Assembly (NCBI GenBank): GCA_964421975.1
Contig: CAYQZL010000006.1
Coordinates: forward strand, 1-60,732
Source of the DNA: an uncultured Rikenellaceae bacterium
Lineage (GTDB): Bacteria; Bacteroidota; Bacteroidia; Bacteroidales; VadinHA17
DNA length: 60,732 nt
Direction of reading: 5' to 3'
Below, one piece after another: positions 45,031 through 55,586 of this stretch (its first letter is position 1; each line of letters opens with the position of its first letter). Position numbers and translations under genes: made by a program. The notes under the pieces are model-generated. The model searched no databases and had not been told where the DNA came from. It worked only from the letters and a program-made list of their open reading frames with translations.

Positions 45031-47544
45031 TTAAAATTGCTGACCTATAACAAAATGGAATTGTGATTTATTAGCGTTATTGAATCTTGCAGGATCGGGT
45101 ACCTGGTCAAAACCATAGCCCCAGTCAATCCCAAGCAATCCGAACATCGGAAGATTGGCTCTCAGTCCGATACCGGCAGCCCTGTTCATTCTGAAAGGAT
45201 TATATTCCTTTAGTTTGTTCCATGCCCTTCCTGCTTCAAGGAATGCCAGTCCGTATATTGTTGCCTGCTGATTGAGAGATATTGGATATCTTACCTCAAA
45301 GGTCATCTTTGAGTATACATTACCGACCGGAGCCCCGTTGGCTGCTGTAGGTGTAAGTGACTGGTTGGTATAACCCCGCAGAGCTATTATTTCCCGTCCG
45401 TAGAAGCTGTAACCTGTCATACCATCACCTCCCACACTGAATGATTCAAAGGGAGAAGGTCCGATATCCCTGTTGTAATGACCAAGATATCCGAATGCAA
45501 ATCTTGCACTCAGTACCAGCTTGTCATCTCTTGTAAGAGGGAAATAATTTTCTGATTTGAAAGTCCATTTATGGAACTCTATCCATTTATATTTTTCTTC
45601 ATCAGGTAAACCCGCCATGTTCTTTCCTGAGATATATGAATATGGAGGTGTTGCCTGAAGTGAAATAGTATAGGACGAACCGCTTCGGGGATATATTATA
45701 TTCGGACCAACGGAAAATCTCTGCAGTCTTGCCGTAAGGCTCAGAAGGTTTGATTCACCGTTCTCGAACAGAAACTGGTAATAATTATAATTATTAAGAT
45801 TATATTTCTGATAACTGAGTTCCCCGTATATTGAGAAATAGTCATCCGGCCATTCGAGTCTTTTCCCCAGTCCTATCGATGCACCGTCAATTATCATTGA
45901 CTGACGTCCGTCCTCTCCCTTCTTCTTGCCGTTTGTCATCATTGACCTGTAGAGCGAGACGGAGAATGAGTTGGCTCTTTTCCCGCCGAGCCATGGTTCC
46001 ATGAAAGATACCGAATATGACTGGTAAATCCGTCCGTTCGATTGTGCCCTGATGCTCAGTGACTGGCCATCGCCCGAAGGATAAGGTCTCCATTCCTTCA
46101 GGTTAAAGAAATTTCTCATCGCGAAATTATTGAAGCGGACACCAATTGTACCTACCAGCATTCCGGCTCCCCATCCTCCCGATATTTCAAACTGATCGTT
46201 TGCTTTTTCCTCAAGCTTATAAAGTAGATCTACTGTCCCGTTCATGGGATCGGGCATTGGTGTGGGATTTATTTTTTCAGGATCGAAATGACCCAGCACA
46301 CCAAGCTGCCGGATTGAGCGAAGGATCTTCTCCTTGCTGAAAAGATCTCCGGGAAGAGTATAAAGTTCACGACGTGCGACATGTTCATTGGTCCTCGTGT
46401 TCCCTGAAATGATCACATTATTCACATAAGCCTGGTCACCTTCATATATCCTCACCTGCAGATCAATCGAATCACCTTCGACTTTTGATTCAACAGGAGT
46501 TAGCTGTGAAAACAGATAGCCGTAATCGAGGTAAAGATTGCTGACGGCATCTTCAGCTCCGCTAAGACCTTTCAGCCTGTCAAGGATAAGTGACTGATTA
46601 TAAACAGATCCTTTCTCAACATTGAAAACCCTGGAGAGATCTTCCTTGCTATATACACTGTTCCCTACCCAGTCTACATTCCTGAGATAATACTGATCAC
46701 CCTCATCCACTTTTATTACCAGTCCCACACGATCTTCTGAAATATCATAAAGTGAATCGGATAAAACTGTAAAATCCCTGAAGCCGTTATCATTGTAAAA
46801 AGTGATCAGCTTTTCCTTATCTTCCTCATACTTTTCGGCAATATATTTTGATGGCTTAAAGAAATTCATGTTCTTTTTCTTCGTCCCTTTCATCTGGCGT
46901 CTGAGTTTCTTTTCGTCAAAACTTTCATTTCCGATGAAGGTAATATCACCAATCCTAACTCTTTCTTTTTTGTCCACATTGATCGTAAGGATCACATTAT
47001 TGGGCTGATCAGGATCATCTTTCTGAATGAAATCCACGGTAGTATTATAAAATCCTTTTTCAATGTAATGATCCCTGATTATTTTTTTTGTGTTTTCAAG
47101 AATGTAGGAAGTGATCTGTGAACCCACAGGAAGATTAATCTTTTCGTTAATATCCTGGGTTTCCGATTGCCTGATACCATAAAATTTTATTGCAGAAATC
47201 CTTGGTCGTTCCTGAAGAAGGATATCCAGGAAGACCGTATCGGATTTTGTTGACTCAATTGATATTCTCACATCGGAAAAAAGTCCCTGTGTCCAAAGTC
47301 TCTGAACTGCATTTTTTATTGCATCTCCCGGAATTGTTATAGTCTGATTGACCCTGAGGCCTGAAATACCGACAATGGCATTGATATCAAGATATCTTAC
47401 TCCTGAAACTGAAACACCACCGATCACATAATCATCTTCAGCTGTATAATCAAATATTTCCTGTTTTTCCTGGGTATAAGCAATAATGTTGAACATTGCC
47501 AGAACCAGCATCATAAAGATCCTGTTAAGCTCCCTGAATTTCAT
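45031..47544 (-). CDS. bamA: Outer-membrane protein assembly factor BamA
   Basis: POTRA repeats, GNTRTNEHV.RREL, ALRGY, C-terminal FHFVIGQQF. The start is moved to ATG 47544 (signal peptide; avoids overlap with uppS). Confidence 0.95.
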   Translation of the reverse strand: MKFRELNRIFMMLVLAMFNIIAYTQEKQEIFDYTAEDDYVIGGVSVSGVRYLDINAIVGISGLRVNQTITIPGDAIKNAVQRLWTQGLFSDVRISIESTKSDTVFLDILLQERPRISAIKFYGIRQSETQDINEKINLPVGSQITSYILENTKKIIRDHYIEKGFYNTTVDFIQKDDPDQPNNVILTINVDKKERVRIGDITFIGNESFDEKKLRRQMKGTKKKNMNFFKPSKYIAEKYEEDKEKLITFYNDNGFRDFTVLSDSLYDISEDRVGLVIKVDEGDQYYLRNVDWVGNSVYSKEDLSRVFNVEKGSVYNQSLILDRLKGLSGAEDAVSNLYLDYGYLFSQLTPVESKVEGDSIDLQVRIYEGDQAYVNNVIISGNTRTNEHVARRELYTLPGDLFSKEKILRSIRQLGVLGHFDPEKINPTPMPDPMNGTVDLLYKLEEKANDQFEISGGWGAGMLVGTIGVRFNNFAMRNFFNLKEWRPYPSGDGQSLSIRAQSNGRIYQSYSVSFMEPWLGGKRANSFSVSLYRSMMTNGKKKGEDGRQSMIIDGASIGLGKRLEWPDDYFSIYGELSYQKYNLNNYNYYQFLFENGESNLLSLTARLQRFSVGPNIIYPRSGSSYTISLQATPPYSYISGKNMAGLPDEEKYKWIEFHKWTFKSENYFPLTRDDKLVLSARFAFGYLGHYNRDIGPSPFESFSVGGDGMTGYSFYGREIIALRGYTNQSLTPTAANGAPVGNVYSKMTFEVRYPISLNQQATIYGLAFLEAGRAWNKLKEYNPFRMNRAAGIGLRANLPMFGLLGIDWGYGFDQVPDPARFNNANKSQFHFVIGQQF

Positions 47545-47551
47545 TCTTTTT

Positions 47552-48298
47552 CTATTTTTCCAAAATCTGTTCACTCGTTTTACCAAATCGTCTTTCTCTG
47601 TTCTGAAATTCAACAATTGCATTATAAAAATCCTCCTTACCAAAATCAGGCCAAAGTATTTCTGTGAAATAAAATTCTGCATAAGCCAGCTGCCATAACA
47701 GGAAATTACTGATTCTCAGTTCTCCGCTTGTCCGGATCATAAGATCGGGATCAGGTATGCCGCAAGTGATGAGCCGTTTTTCAAATTCTTCCTCATTTAC
47801 CGATTCCGGTTTAAGTATTCCTTGTGCCACATCGGCTGCAATTTTTCTTGCTGCTTCGGCCAGTTCCCACCTCGAACTATAGCTCAGTGCCAGTATAAGG
47901 TTGAGTCCGGTTGATACAGATGTAAGGCTGATGGTTTCATTTAATTTTGATCTCACATCATCACCCAGTCTGTCAAAATCACCTATGGCAGAAAGCTTTA
48001 CATTATTCTTCAGAAGGTTACTGCCCTCATTATTAAGAGACTGGACCATAATATGCATAAGAGCTGATACTTCTTCATCAGGCCGGCCCCAGTTTTCAGT
48101 GGAAAAAGCGTAGAGTGTAAGGTATTTAATACCCAGGCCTCCTGCCGCCTCAACAACCTGTCTTACGGATTCAACACCACGTTCATGTCCGTAAATCCTT
48201 CCCCTGCTGTGTTGTGCAGCCCATCTTCCGTTCCCGTCCATTATTATTGCAATATGGACAGGTAGTTTGTTCATATCAATTTTTTCCCTGAGCGACAT
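47552..48298 (-). CDS. uppS: Undecaprenyl diphosphate synthase (cis-prenyltransferase)
   Basis: HIAIIMDGNGRWA, YAFSTENW.RP, IRTSGELRISNFLLWQ.AY.E, RERRFG. Confidence 0.97.
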   Translation of the reverse strand: MSLREKIDMNKLPVHIAIIMDGNGRWAAQHSRGRIYGHERGVESVRQVVEAAGGLGIKYLTLYAFSTENWGRPDEEVSALMHIMVQSLNNEGSNLLKNNVKLSAIGDFDRLGDDVRSKLNETISLTSVSTGLNLILALSYSSRWELAEAARKIAADVAQGILKPESVNEEEFEKRLITCGIPDPDLMIRTSGELRISNFLLWQLAYAEFYFTEILWPDFGKEDFYNAIVEFQNRERRFGKTSEQILEK

Positions 48299-48301
48299 TT
48301 T

Positions 48302-48997
48302 CTAATGTTTGGTTTTATTATCCACATCAGCATATGCCGGACAACCTGCCAGCCTGTTGTAAATTTTCCATGTCAGCACAATACCGGCAAATGAATACCA
48401 GTCATTATTATGGATCCGGCTCTGATCCTCCTGTGTAACCATATCTTTCAAGCCGTCAAAGTTATCATAAAAAGTTTTACGAAACCCATATTCAGCTTCC
48501 AATCCCATATTTTTATATATATTGACCTTGAAGCCAATTGAAAACGGGATGACCGGCTGAAAAGAGGTTATTCTCGTATTGGCTGCTGTTGCGGTATTGA
48601 TTGAGACTATTCCTGCACCTGCCGCAAAGTATGGTGAGAAATCCCATAATCGGCCCTGGGTTGTATAAGGAAGGAAATTAAATTCAAACTGTACCGCCAG
48701 TTCTCCTACATTACCCGAGAAAGATGAGTCCCTGGCAGTCTGAAAATTATTTGAGAAATCCCTGTCATCACCTCTGATACCACCATAAAAAATATTGGCC
48801 CGGATAGCCTGACGAGGGTGAAAATTATATCTGTAAAGGGCTCCTGCAGCAGGTCGGGGTGAATACATAAGTTTTCCGGGATTAATATCACCGAAATAAG
48901 ATGATACACCTCCGAAGATCCCATAATCGGAATTACGCTGAGCGTTGGAAGAAATAAAAAAACCAAGAAAAAGAAAGATCCAAGGTATCCGCTTCAT
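48302..48997 (-). CDS. DUF6089 family outer-membrane beta-barrel (PorG-like)
   Basis: Signal peptide, YFGDIN, RYNF, EFNF, R.TF.D..DG, NDWY; position just upstream of uppS. Confidence 0.7.
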   Translation of the reverse strand: MKRIPWIFLFLGFFISSNAQRNSDYGIFGGVSSYFGDINPGKLMYSPRPAAGALYRYNFHPRQAIRANIFYGGIRGDDRDFSNNFQTARDSSFSGNVGELAVQFEFNFLPYTTQGRLWDFSPYFAAGAGIVSINTATAANTRITSFQPVIPFSIGFKVNIYKNMGLEAEYGFRKTFYDNFDGLKDMVTQEDQSRIHNNDWYSFAGIVLTWKIYNRLAGCPAYADVDNKTKH

Positions 48998-49018
48998 TAA
49001 AAATGATCCCGTTTATTA

Positions 49019-49780
49019 TTATCTGAATGAGGGCAACCCACGGGGCCCTGTCTTCAATTTATAAGTAATTGTAAAGTTCAAAAAATAATAAACGTCATTT
49101 GCCTTGGAAAATTGTTCTTTATGATAGGCATCGAGCCAGTCTGTGAAGGCATATCTTCCCCCCAGCTCGAGACCAAAATTAAGATTGGGTGTATAAACAA
49201 GGGTTGCACCAACGCCACCCGGAATGACAAAATCAAAGCCGCTGTCCTTCATATCGTATGAGGCCATTTCTTCTATCTGTGCATCATTGGGGTTTGCTTT
49301 ATAGGATACTCCTCCCACACCTGCAAATCCGTAGAAATCAAGTGACCTCAGAATAGACCATATAAATCTTCCCCTGCGTTTCATGAAAAGATAACTGCTT
49401 TCAGCCCTGTTCTTGATGAAATAATATTCACCGATAAGCGCCGGCTCAAAAATCTGTGTCGACACCTCAAACGGCCTGCCTTCATTTGATCCTCTTTCGT
49501 CTGTGGCATGCAATTGAGCATAAGTCATACTTAACCTGATATTGGCTTCCCGGGTTAAACGGTATCTTACACTCGCATTAACATCATACCTGGTCTGAAG
49601 ATAGGTTATATCCCTTATTCCCAGAAGATTTTCAGTTCTCCTGTATCCTCCTATATCGCCAAAGAAAAAAGAAGGTCCGGCGCCGGCAACTGCCTCCCAT
49701 CTTCTCATTTTCCATAACTGTGCACTGGAAAAAGGAATAACAAGACAAAAGATCAATAGAACCAAAATGGACCTTTTCAT
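49019..49780 (-). CDS. DUF6089 family outer-membrane beta-barrel, second paralog
   Basis: Signal peptide, FFGDIGG, RYAFTDWLD, NDVYYF; TATATTTG -7 element at 49812-49805. Confidence 0.7.
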   Translation of the reverse strand: MKRSILVLLIFCLVIPFSSAQLWKMRRWEAVAGAGPSFFFGDIGGYRRTENLLGIRDITYLQTRYDVNASVRYRLTREANIRLSMTYAQLHATDERGSNEGRPFEVSTQIFEPALIGEYYFIKNRAESSYLFMKRRGRFIWSILRSLDFYGFAGVGGVSYKANPNDAQIEEMASYDMKDSGFDFVIPGGVGATLVYTPNLNFGLELGGRYAFTDWLDAYHKEQFSKANDVYYFLNFTITYKLKTGPRGLPSFR

Positions 49781-49922
49781 AATGATTGCTTTTAGTTGCA
49801 GTTACAAATATACTAATCTAAATTTCAGAGTGTGTAAAATTCTGTCATAATATTAACCTTCTCCACGAATATTATTAACCGGACCATGTTGAAAAGACTC
49901 AAAACCTGCCGGCCGTTTATTA

Positions 49923-50801
49923 TCAATTCCTCTTATCAGCACCCCACATCAGCCTGTTTCTCAACGTACTGTAAAAATCCCTCCCTTTAAGCATTACCGT
50001 CTTAAGCCGGGATTTGCCCTGAGTAATATGTATCTCTTCATGTATCGGTATCTTGCTGAACCTGAAATCACAAGTTACAAGACAATCATCTGACCTTCCT
50101 TCCATAATCATTTTCAATTCACTGCTTCCCGATAGTACTATCGGCCTCATGGTAAGATTATGAGGGGAAATTGGTGCTATTATGATACTTTCATCTTCGG
50201 GTGACAGTATGGGCCCTCCGGCACTGAGGTTATAGGCTGTTGATCCTGTGGCTGTTGACACAATGAGCCCATCAGCCCAGTAAGTATTCAGAAATATATC
50301 ATTTACATAGACATGGATTATTACCATGCTCAGCAGTGTTTTCTGAATAGTGACTTCATTCAGGGCTGTTGCCGGTTCTGAACCAAACAATCCGTCCGGT
50401 CTGGTAATTTCAAGCAATGACCTTTCAATTATCTCATAATCGTTCGAACATAATTGCTCCACCGAATTGCCTATTTCCTCATTGGGTATATTGGCAAGAA
50501 AACCCATCCTTCCCGTATTTACACCTGCAACAGGTATACCCGTATCCCTGACCTTAAGTACCGTTTCAAGAAAGGTCCCGTCCCCGCCGACACTCAGTAT
50601 CAAGTCCGGCGCTGAGGGCATTTCGTCCAGACTTGTAAACGGAGTTACCAGTTCACCCGGACAGCTGATCCTGATATTGCCGGGTTTCTGATAAATGCTG
50701 ATCTCAATACCTCTTTTGCAGAATTCACTTACAAGTTTATGCACGGCATCCCGTGTACGGGTATTGTTATCCTTACTGTAAATTGCGATCCTTTTCAGCA
50801 T
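49923..50801 (-). CDS. nadK: NAD kinase
   Basis: GGDGTFL, GVNTGRMGFL, LNE, ADGLIVSTATGSTAYNLSAGGP. Confidence 0.96.
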   Translation of the reverse strand: MLKRIAIYSKDNNTRTRDAVHKLVSEFCKRGIEISIYQKPGNIRISCPGELVTPFTSLDEMPSAPDLILSVGGDGTFLETVLKVRDTGIPVAGVNTGRMGFLANIPNEEIGNSVEQLCSNDYEIIERSLLEITRPDGLFGSEPATALNEVTIQKTLLSMVIIHVYVNDIFLNTYWADGLIVSTATGSTAYNLSAGGPILSPEDESIIIAPISPHNLTMRPIVLSGSSELKMIMEGRSDDCLVTCDFRFSKIPIHEEIHITQGKSRLKTVMLKGRDFYSTLRNRLMWGADKRN

Positions 50802-50806
50802 ATTTG

Positions 50807-51472
50807 TTACATATTCAGGAACTTCATAAGCAGATCAAACCTTTCGGAATAAAACCTGTCAAGAGAATCATTTGTGGTTATCCAGGTTTTTACATCATAA
50901 TTATATCTTTCAAAGGTCCTGATTACCGAAAGAAGATCCGTTTCATTGACTTTCAGAGTTACCTCCAGCCTCGTTGAATCGGCAGGAGAGGTCATATACA
51001 TACTCAATACCTTTATATTATTGCTTTCTATTATCTGTGCAATCTGGGAAAGCGAATAATCCCTTTCAACCATTTCAAGTACAATAATACCTCCGGGCTG
51101 ATCCATCGAGGATAATGAGGCTATATGCCTGACAAGTTCGCTGGTCGTTATAACACCCAGATAATGATTATTATCATCCAGAACTGGAACAACGGTCAGT
51201 TTCAATCTGGCTGCAATCCCGATCACTTCAAACAGATGCTGGTCCTCCCTGACATATGGTTTTAACAATGTCAGTTCATGATTTCCTATTGGCTCTTCAG
51301 GCTGATTCATATCATAAATATCACTGTCGGATATCAGCCCCAGAAAATCCAGATTGTTTACAATAGGCAAATGTGATACCCTGAAAATCTCCATCCAGTT
51401 AAGGGCTGTCTGCCCTGTATCGGATGTTTTTAGGGATGGAATATTGTCGGATATCAGATCAACAGCAACCAT
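50807..51472 (-). CDS. CBS-domain protein with an ACT-like C-terminus
   Basis: Two CBS repeats (HLPIV..., VPVLD...YLGVIT); YSLSQIAQIIESN. Confidence 0.88.
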   Translation of the reverse strand: MVAVDLISDNIPSLKTSDTGQTALNWMEIFRVSHLPIVNNLDFLGLISDSDIYDMNQPEEPIGNHELTLLKPYVREDQHLFEVIGIAARLKLTVVPVLDDNNHYLGVITTSELVRHIASLSSMDQPGGIIVLEMVERDYSLSQIAQIIESNNIKVLSMYMTSPADSTRLEVTLKVNETDLLSVIRTFERYNYDVKTWITTNDSLDRFYSERFDLLMKFLNM

Positions 51473-51565
51473 AGAGGTTAATTTTTATGTAAAGTAATAA
51501 AAAAAAAGCCAGTTATATTACTTTTGTATATCGATAACAATACGTAATTAGCTAACATTTATTTT

Positions 51566-52282
51566 ATGACCAGGCTGAGTGTTAATATAAACAAGATAGC
51601 GACCATCCGTAATGCCAGAGGCGGAAACATACCAAATGTGGTAAATGCGGCGATCAACTGTCAGCTTTTCGGAGCTGACGGTATTACAGTTCATCCGAGA
51701 CCGGATGAAAGACATATAAGATACAGGGATGTAATGGAATTAAGACCTGTTGTCAAAACCGAATTCAACATCGAGGGTAATCCTACCGACAGTTTCATCA
51801 ATCTCGTGCTCTCGGTTAAACCTGAACAGGTAACATTGGTCCCCGACAGGCACGATGCCATCACTTCAAATTCCGGATGGGATACTCTCAGGAACCGTGG
51901 TTTCCTTACCGATGTGGTAAGGACTTTCAGAAAAGAGGGTATCAGGACTTCACTTTTTATTGATACCGACCCTGCAAACATAGAGAATGCAGCTGTGACA
52001 GGAACGGACAGAATAGAATTGTATACAGAACCATATGCGTCGGGATTCGCAACAAATGCAGCTGAAGCTGTCAGACCATTCATAATGGCGGCAGAGCTGG
52101 CTAAAGAACTCGGCCTGGGCATCAACGCAGGCCACGATCTGAATCTGGATAATCTGAACTACCTTTATAAAAACATCCCATGGATTCTTGAAGTCTCAAT
52201 AGGACATGCCCTGATCTCAGATGCACTCTATATGGGACTCGAGAAAACAATCCGGCTTTATAAAAAACAGATGGAAGACTGA
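51566..52282 (+). CDS. pdxJ: Pyridoxine 5'-phosphate synthase
   Basis: [52 protein letters not shown]; TACTTTTG -7 element at 51519-51526. Confidence 0.97.
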   Translation: MTRLSVNINKIATIRNARGGNIPNVVNAAINCQLFGADGITVHPRPDERHIRYRDVMELRPVVKTEFNIEGNPTDSFINLVLSVKPEQVTLVPDRHDAITSNSGWDTLRNRGFLTDVVRTFRKEGIRTSLFIDTDPANIENAAVTGTDRIELYTEPYASGFATNAAEAVRPFIMAAELAKELGLGINAGHDLNLDNLNYLYKNIPWILEVSIGHALISDALYMGLEKTIRLYKKQMED

Positions 52283-52290
52283 AATTCCTG

Positions 52291-53091
52291 ATGAAACTCT
52301 TTTACAGGAAATACGGGGAAGGACCTCCACTGATTATACTTCATGGCCTTTACGGCTCATCTGATAACTGGGTATCTGTAGCCAAAGCTCTAAACACAAA
52401 GTACACGGTATATCTGCCGGATCTCAGAAACCATGGCCGCTCTCCACATAGCGACATCCACGATTATGATGCTCTCAGCAATGATATATATGAACTGTCG
52501 GAAGAACTGACAGCAGCTAAGTTCTTTCTTGCAGGACACAGCATGGGAGGTAAGGCGGCTCTCTTTTTTGCAGCAAAATGGCCTGAAAAAATCCTGGGCC
52601 TTCTGATAGCAGATATTTCTCCCTTCCCTGCCCCTCTTTCAGGATCTGCTGAATATACCCGTCATCTCGAAATGCTCAATATTATTTCAGGAACTGATCT
52701 GTCGGCAATATCATCGCGTAATCAGGCAGAATCAATTCTCTCTGAAAAAATAAGATCAGAGAGAATACTGGGATTAATAATGAAAAACCTTCAACGGATG
52801 CCTGAGGGGAAATATACCTGGAAAATAAACGCCCCTTCACTGTTGTCAAACCTTAACAAAATAATGGGAGGATTACCCCGGCCGGAAGATAATCCTATGA
52901 CAGTGACCGGTTTTCCCGTTGTGTTCCTGAAAGGTGAACACTCAGATTATATACAGGATAATGACTGGAATGATATTTTGAGAATATTCCCGGCAGCAGA
53001 GCTTAAGGTGATTAAAGGTGCCGGTCATTGGCTCCATGCCGACAACCCTGATGCCGTTATCTCAGAATTTATGGCACTTTCTGATCACTGA
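52291..53091 (+). CDS. Alpha/beta hydrolase (YbfF-like esterase)
   Basis: ILHGLYGSSDNW, DLRNHG.S, GHSMGG nucleophile elbow, GAGHWLHAD. Confidence 0.92.
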   Translation: MKLFYRKYGEGPPLIILHGLYGSSDNWVSVAKALNTKYTVYLPDLRNHGRSPHSDIHDYDALSNDIYELSEELTAAKFFLAGHSMGGKAALFFAAKWPEKILGLLIADISPFPAPLSGSAEYTRHLEMLNIISGTDLSAISSRNQAESILSEKIRSERILGLIMKNLQRMPEGKYTWKINAPSLLSNLNKIMGGLPRPEDNPMTVTGFPVVFLKGEHSDYIQDNDWNDILRIFPAAELKVIKGAGHWLHADNPDAVISEFMALSDH

Positions 53092-53123
53092 TAATAAACC
53101 CGGCAAATATCAGGTACCGATTT

Positions 53124-53756
53124 TTAATTTATTTTCCCTTCTTTCCTTCTTTTAAGATGCTTTTCAATAATAGAGACGAGTACATTAATACCAACCTCAT
53201 TCTCGCCTCCACCGGGGATAATGATGTCGGCATAACGTTTTGAAGGTTCAATAAACTGAAGATGTGATGGTTTTACCGTATCATGATATCTCTGAAGCAC
53301 CATAAGTACGGATCTTCCGCGTTCAACTATATCTCTCTGTATGACCCGTCCGAGCCTGTCGTCGGCATCGGCATCAACAAAAACCTTTAAATCCATCATA
53401 TCGCGTAATTCCTGATCGGTAAGGATCAGAATGCCCTCTACAAGTACGACCTTTGCCGGTTTTATCGTGATAGTTTCCTTCGACCTGAGACATGTCAGGT
53501 ACGAATAAACCGGCATTTTTATTGATTTGCCTTTTCTTAACTCCCGGAGATGTTTAATAAGAAGCTGGAATTCAAGGGAATCGGGATGATCAAAATTGAT
53601 CTTCTGTCTCTCTTCCAAAGAAATATGGCTGTTATCCCTGTAATAAGCATCCTGAGGGATCACAACAACTTCACCATTCGGAAATTCCTTCATTAACTTA
53701 TTGACAACGGTAGTTTTCCCTGAACCGGTGCCACCTGCTATTCCAACAATCAGCAT
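53124..53756 (-). CDS. udk: Uridine kinase
   Basis: GIAGGTGSGKTT, QDAYY, NFDHP, EGIL, RDIVERGR, EPSKRYAD. Confidence 0.96.
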   Translation of the reverse strand: MLIVGIAGGTGSGKTTVVNKLMKEFPNGEVVVIPQDAYYRDNSHISLEERQKINFDHPDSLEFQLLIKHLRELRKGKSIKMPVYSYLTCLRSKETITIKPAKVVLVEGILILTDQELRDMMDLKVFVDADADDRLGRVIQRDIVERGRSVLMVLQRYHDTVKPSHLQFIEPSKRYADIIIPGGGENEVGINVLVSIIEKHLKRRKEGKIN

Positions 53757-53801
53757 TTATTCGTAAATTAGCGTCGCTTAAACCGACGAAAGTTAATAAA
53801 A

Positions 53802-54809
53802 ATGTCAGAACTGTATCCTCTTAAATTTGAACCACTCCTTAAGGAGAAAATCTGGGGCGGAAATGCATTGGTAAACCACTACAATAAGAAAGCCGATCCG
53901 GGTAAAAAATATGGAGAAAGCTGGGAAATTTCGGCTGTAGGGGATAACCTGTCGGTTGTCAGCAACGGATTTCTTGCCGGTAACAACATTGAGGAACTGA
54001 TAGAGGTCTATATGGGTGATATAACGGGTGATGCTGTATTTGATAAATTCGGGAACGAATTTCCTCTCCTTATAAAACTGATTGAAGCACAGCAAGATCT
54101 ATCAATACAGGTCCATCCCGGGAATGAACTGGCCTTAAAAAGGCATAAAGCATACGGAAAGACGGAAATGTGGTACATCCTGGAGAGCGGGAAGGATTCG
54201 AAAATATATTCCGGATTCAGGGAAGCTGTGAGCAGGGATACATATCTTAAAGCAACTGAAGAAGGAAGTATTGCAGAATTACTAAATTATGACATTTCAA
54301 AACCGGGAGATGTATTTTTTACCCCGGCCGGTAGAATACATGCAATCGGTGAAGGTATCCTGCTGGTTGAGATACAACAGACATCAGATATTACCTACAG
54401 GATATTTGACTGGAACAGGAAAGGAGACGACAAAAACCCAAGAGAACTTCATAATGATCTGGCTGTCGATGCTATAGATTTTAAAGCTGTGGGAAGCAAT
54501 AAGACATTTAAAACTCCGGTGCTCAATAAAACTGAGAATCTCGTAAAGTGCGGATTCTTTGTTACAAACATCATCCGTTTCGATGAATTCATCAGAAAGG
54601 ATTATAATCTTATTGATTCGTTTATAATATATATTTGTACTGAAGGTGAATTCCTTATCAGGTGGGATGGGAATTCAGAGCCGGTCACAAAAGGAGAAAC
54701 TGTTCTTCTCCCCGCAATGATCAAGGATGTCGTTCTGGAACCATCTTCAGAAGCGACCCTGCTTGAAATTTTCATACCGGAAATACTTGATCAACATAAT
54801 ATAAACTAA
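53802..54809 (+). CDS. manA: Mannose-6-phosphate isomerase, class I
   Basis: KIWGG, GESWEIS, FPLLIK, LSIQVHP, GKTEMWY, GRIHAIG, EIQQTSD.TYR. Confidence 0.92.
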   Translation: MSELYPLKFEPLLKEKIWGGNALVNHYNKKADPGKKYGESWEISAVGDNLSVVSNGFLAGNNIEELIEVYMGDITGDAVFDKFGNEFPLLIKLIEAQQDLSIQVHPGNELALKRHKAYGKTEMWYILESGKDSKIYSGFREAVSRDTYLKATEEGSIAELLNYDISKPGDVFFTPAGRIHAIGEGILLVEIQQTSDITYRIFDWNRKGDDKNPRELHNDLAVDAIDFKAVGSNKTFKTPVLNKTENLVKCGFFVTNIIRFDEFIRKDYNLIDSFIIYICTEGEFLIRWDGNSEPVTKGETVLLPAMIKDVVLEPSSEATLLEIFIPEILDQHNIN

Positions 54810-54810
54810 T

Positions 54811-55578
54811 ATGAAAGCTCAAACATTCTTATCTGCAGTCATTATAATTATCCTGGCTTTGTCAGGATGCAAAGGCGGAAATACGGCGAAACAGGCTGGT
54901 GCCGGAGACGATACCACATCCGTTCCGGATACGGGATATACTGGTATAAAACAATATATGAGCGGCGAACGTATGGTCCGGGAAGTGACATTTAAAAACG
55001 GTGTAAGGGAAGGACTGACGAAAACATTCTACCCGGGAGGTCAGCTTTACCAGACATTCTGGTATGAAAAAGGTCTCAGACAGGATTCCGGAAGGTATTT
55101 TTATGTTGAAGGACAGCTTTTCAGGACAACTCCATACAAAAATGACACAATTGATGGCATACAGAAACAGTATTACAGGACAGGAAAGCTGAAAGCCATG
55201 ATTGGTTACAGTAAGGGAATGCGGACACCTTACCTTCAGGAATTTACCCAGAACGGAAAGCTTTTAAAGGATTACCCGGAAATTATTGTAAACGTAAACG
55301 ATGAATATAATACAAGGGGATTATACAAAGTGACTCTAGAATTATCGGATAAAAATACAAGGGTCAGATTCAACAGAGGGGAATTAATGAATGAACGTTT
55401 CGATACAACATTCATAAGACCTGTCAATACGGTAAATGGAAAGGCAGTAATAAACCTGAAAAAAACCGGAAAAGCAGGTAAAAATTACCTGGGTATTATC
55501 GGAGAAATAACAACTCCCTTCGGGAACAGGCACATTGTTTATAAAAAAGTGGATCTCCCCTATAATGATCTTAATTAA
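54811..55578 (+). CDS. Lipoprotein with MORN-variant (YwqK-like) repeats
   Basis: Lipobox LSGC; repeats FKNGVREG..K.FY..GQL, YKND..DG....YY..GKL. Confidence 0.75.
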   Translation: MKAQTFLSAVIIIILALSGCKGGNTAKQAGAGDDTTSVPDTGYTGIKQYMSGERMVREVTFKNGVREGLTKTFYPGGQLYQTFWYEKGLRQDSGRYFYVEGQLFRTTPYKNDTIDGIQKQYYRTGKLKAMIGYSKGMRTPYLQEFTQNGKLLKDYPEIIVNVNDEYNTRGLYKVTLELSDKNTRVRFNRGELMNERFDTTFIRPVNTVNGKAVINLKKTGKAGKNYLGIIGEITTPFGNRHIVYKKVDLPYNDLN

Positions 55579-55586
55579 GTCCGCAT

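Noticed and set aside
47545-47682. 46-codon N-terminal extension of bamA overlapping uppS
   Set aside because: ORF-caller artefact; the signal peptide starts at ATG 47544.
43069-50801. nadK-DUF6089 x2-uppS-bamA-ompH x2-murI cluster as a new envelope system
   Set aside because: This is a well-known conserved Bacteroidota gene order.
51499-51507. A9 run upstream of the pdxJ promoter as a phase-variation tract
   Set aside because: Short for an AT-rich intergenic region, and housekeeping flanking genes are unlikely targets.
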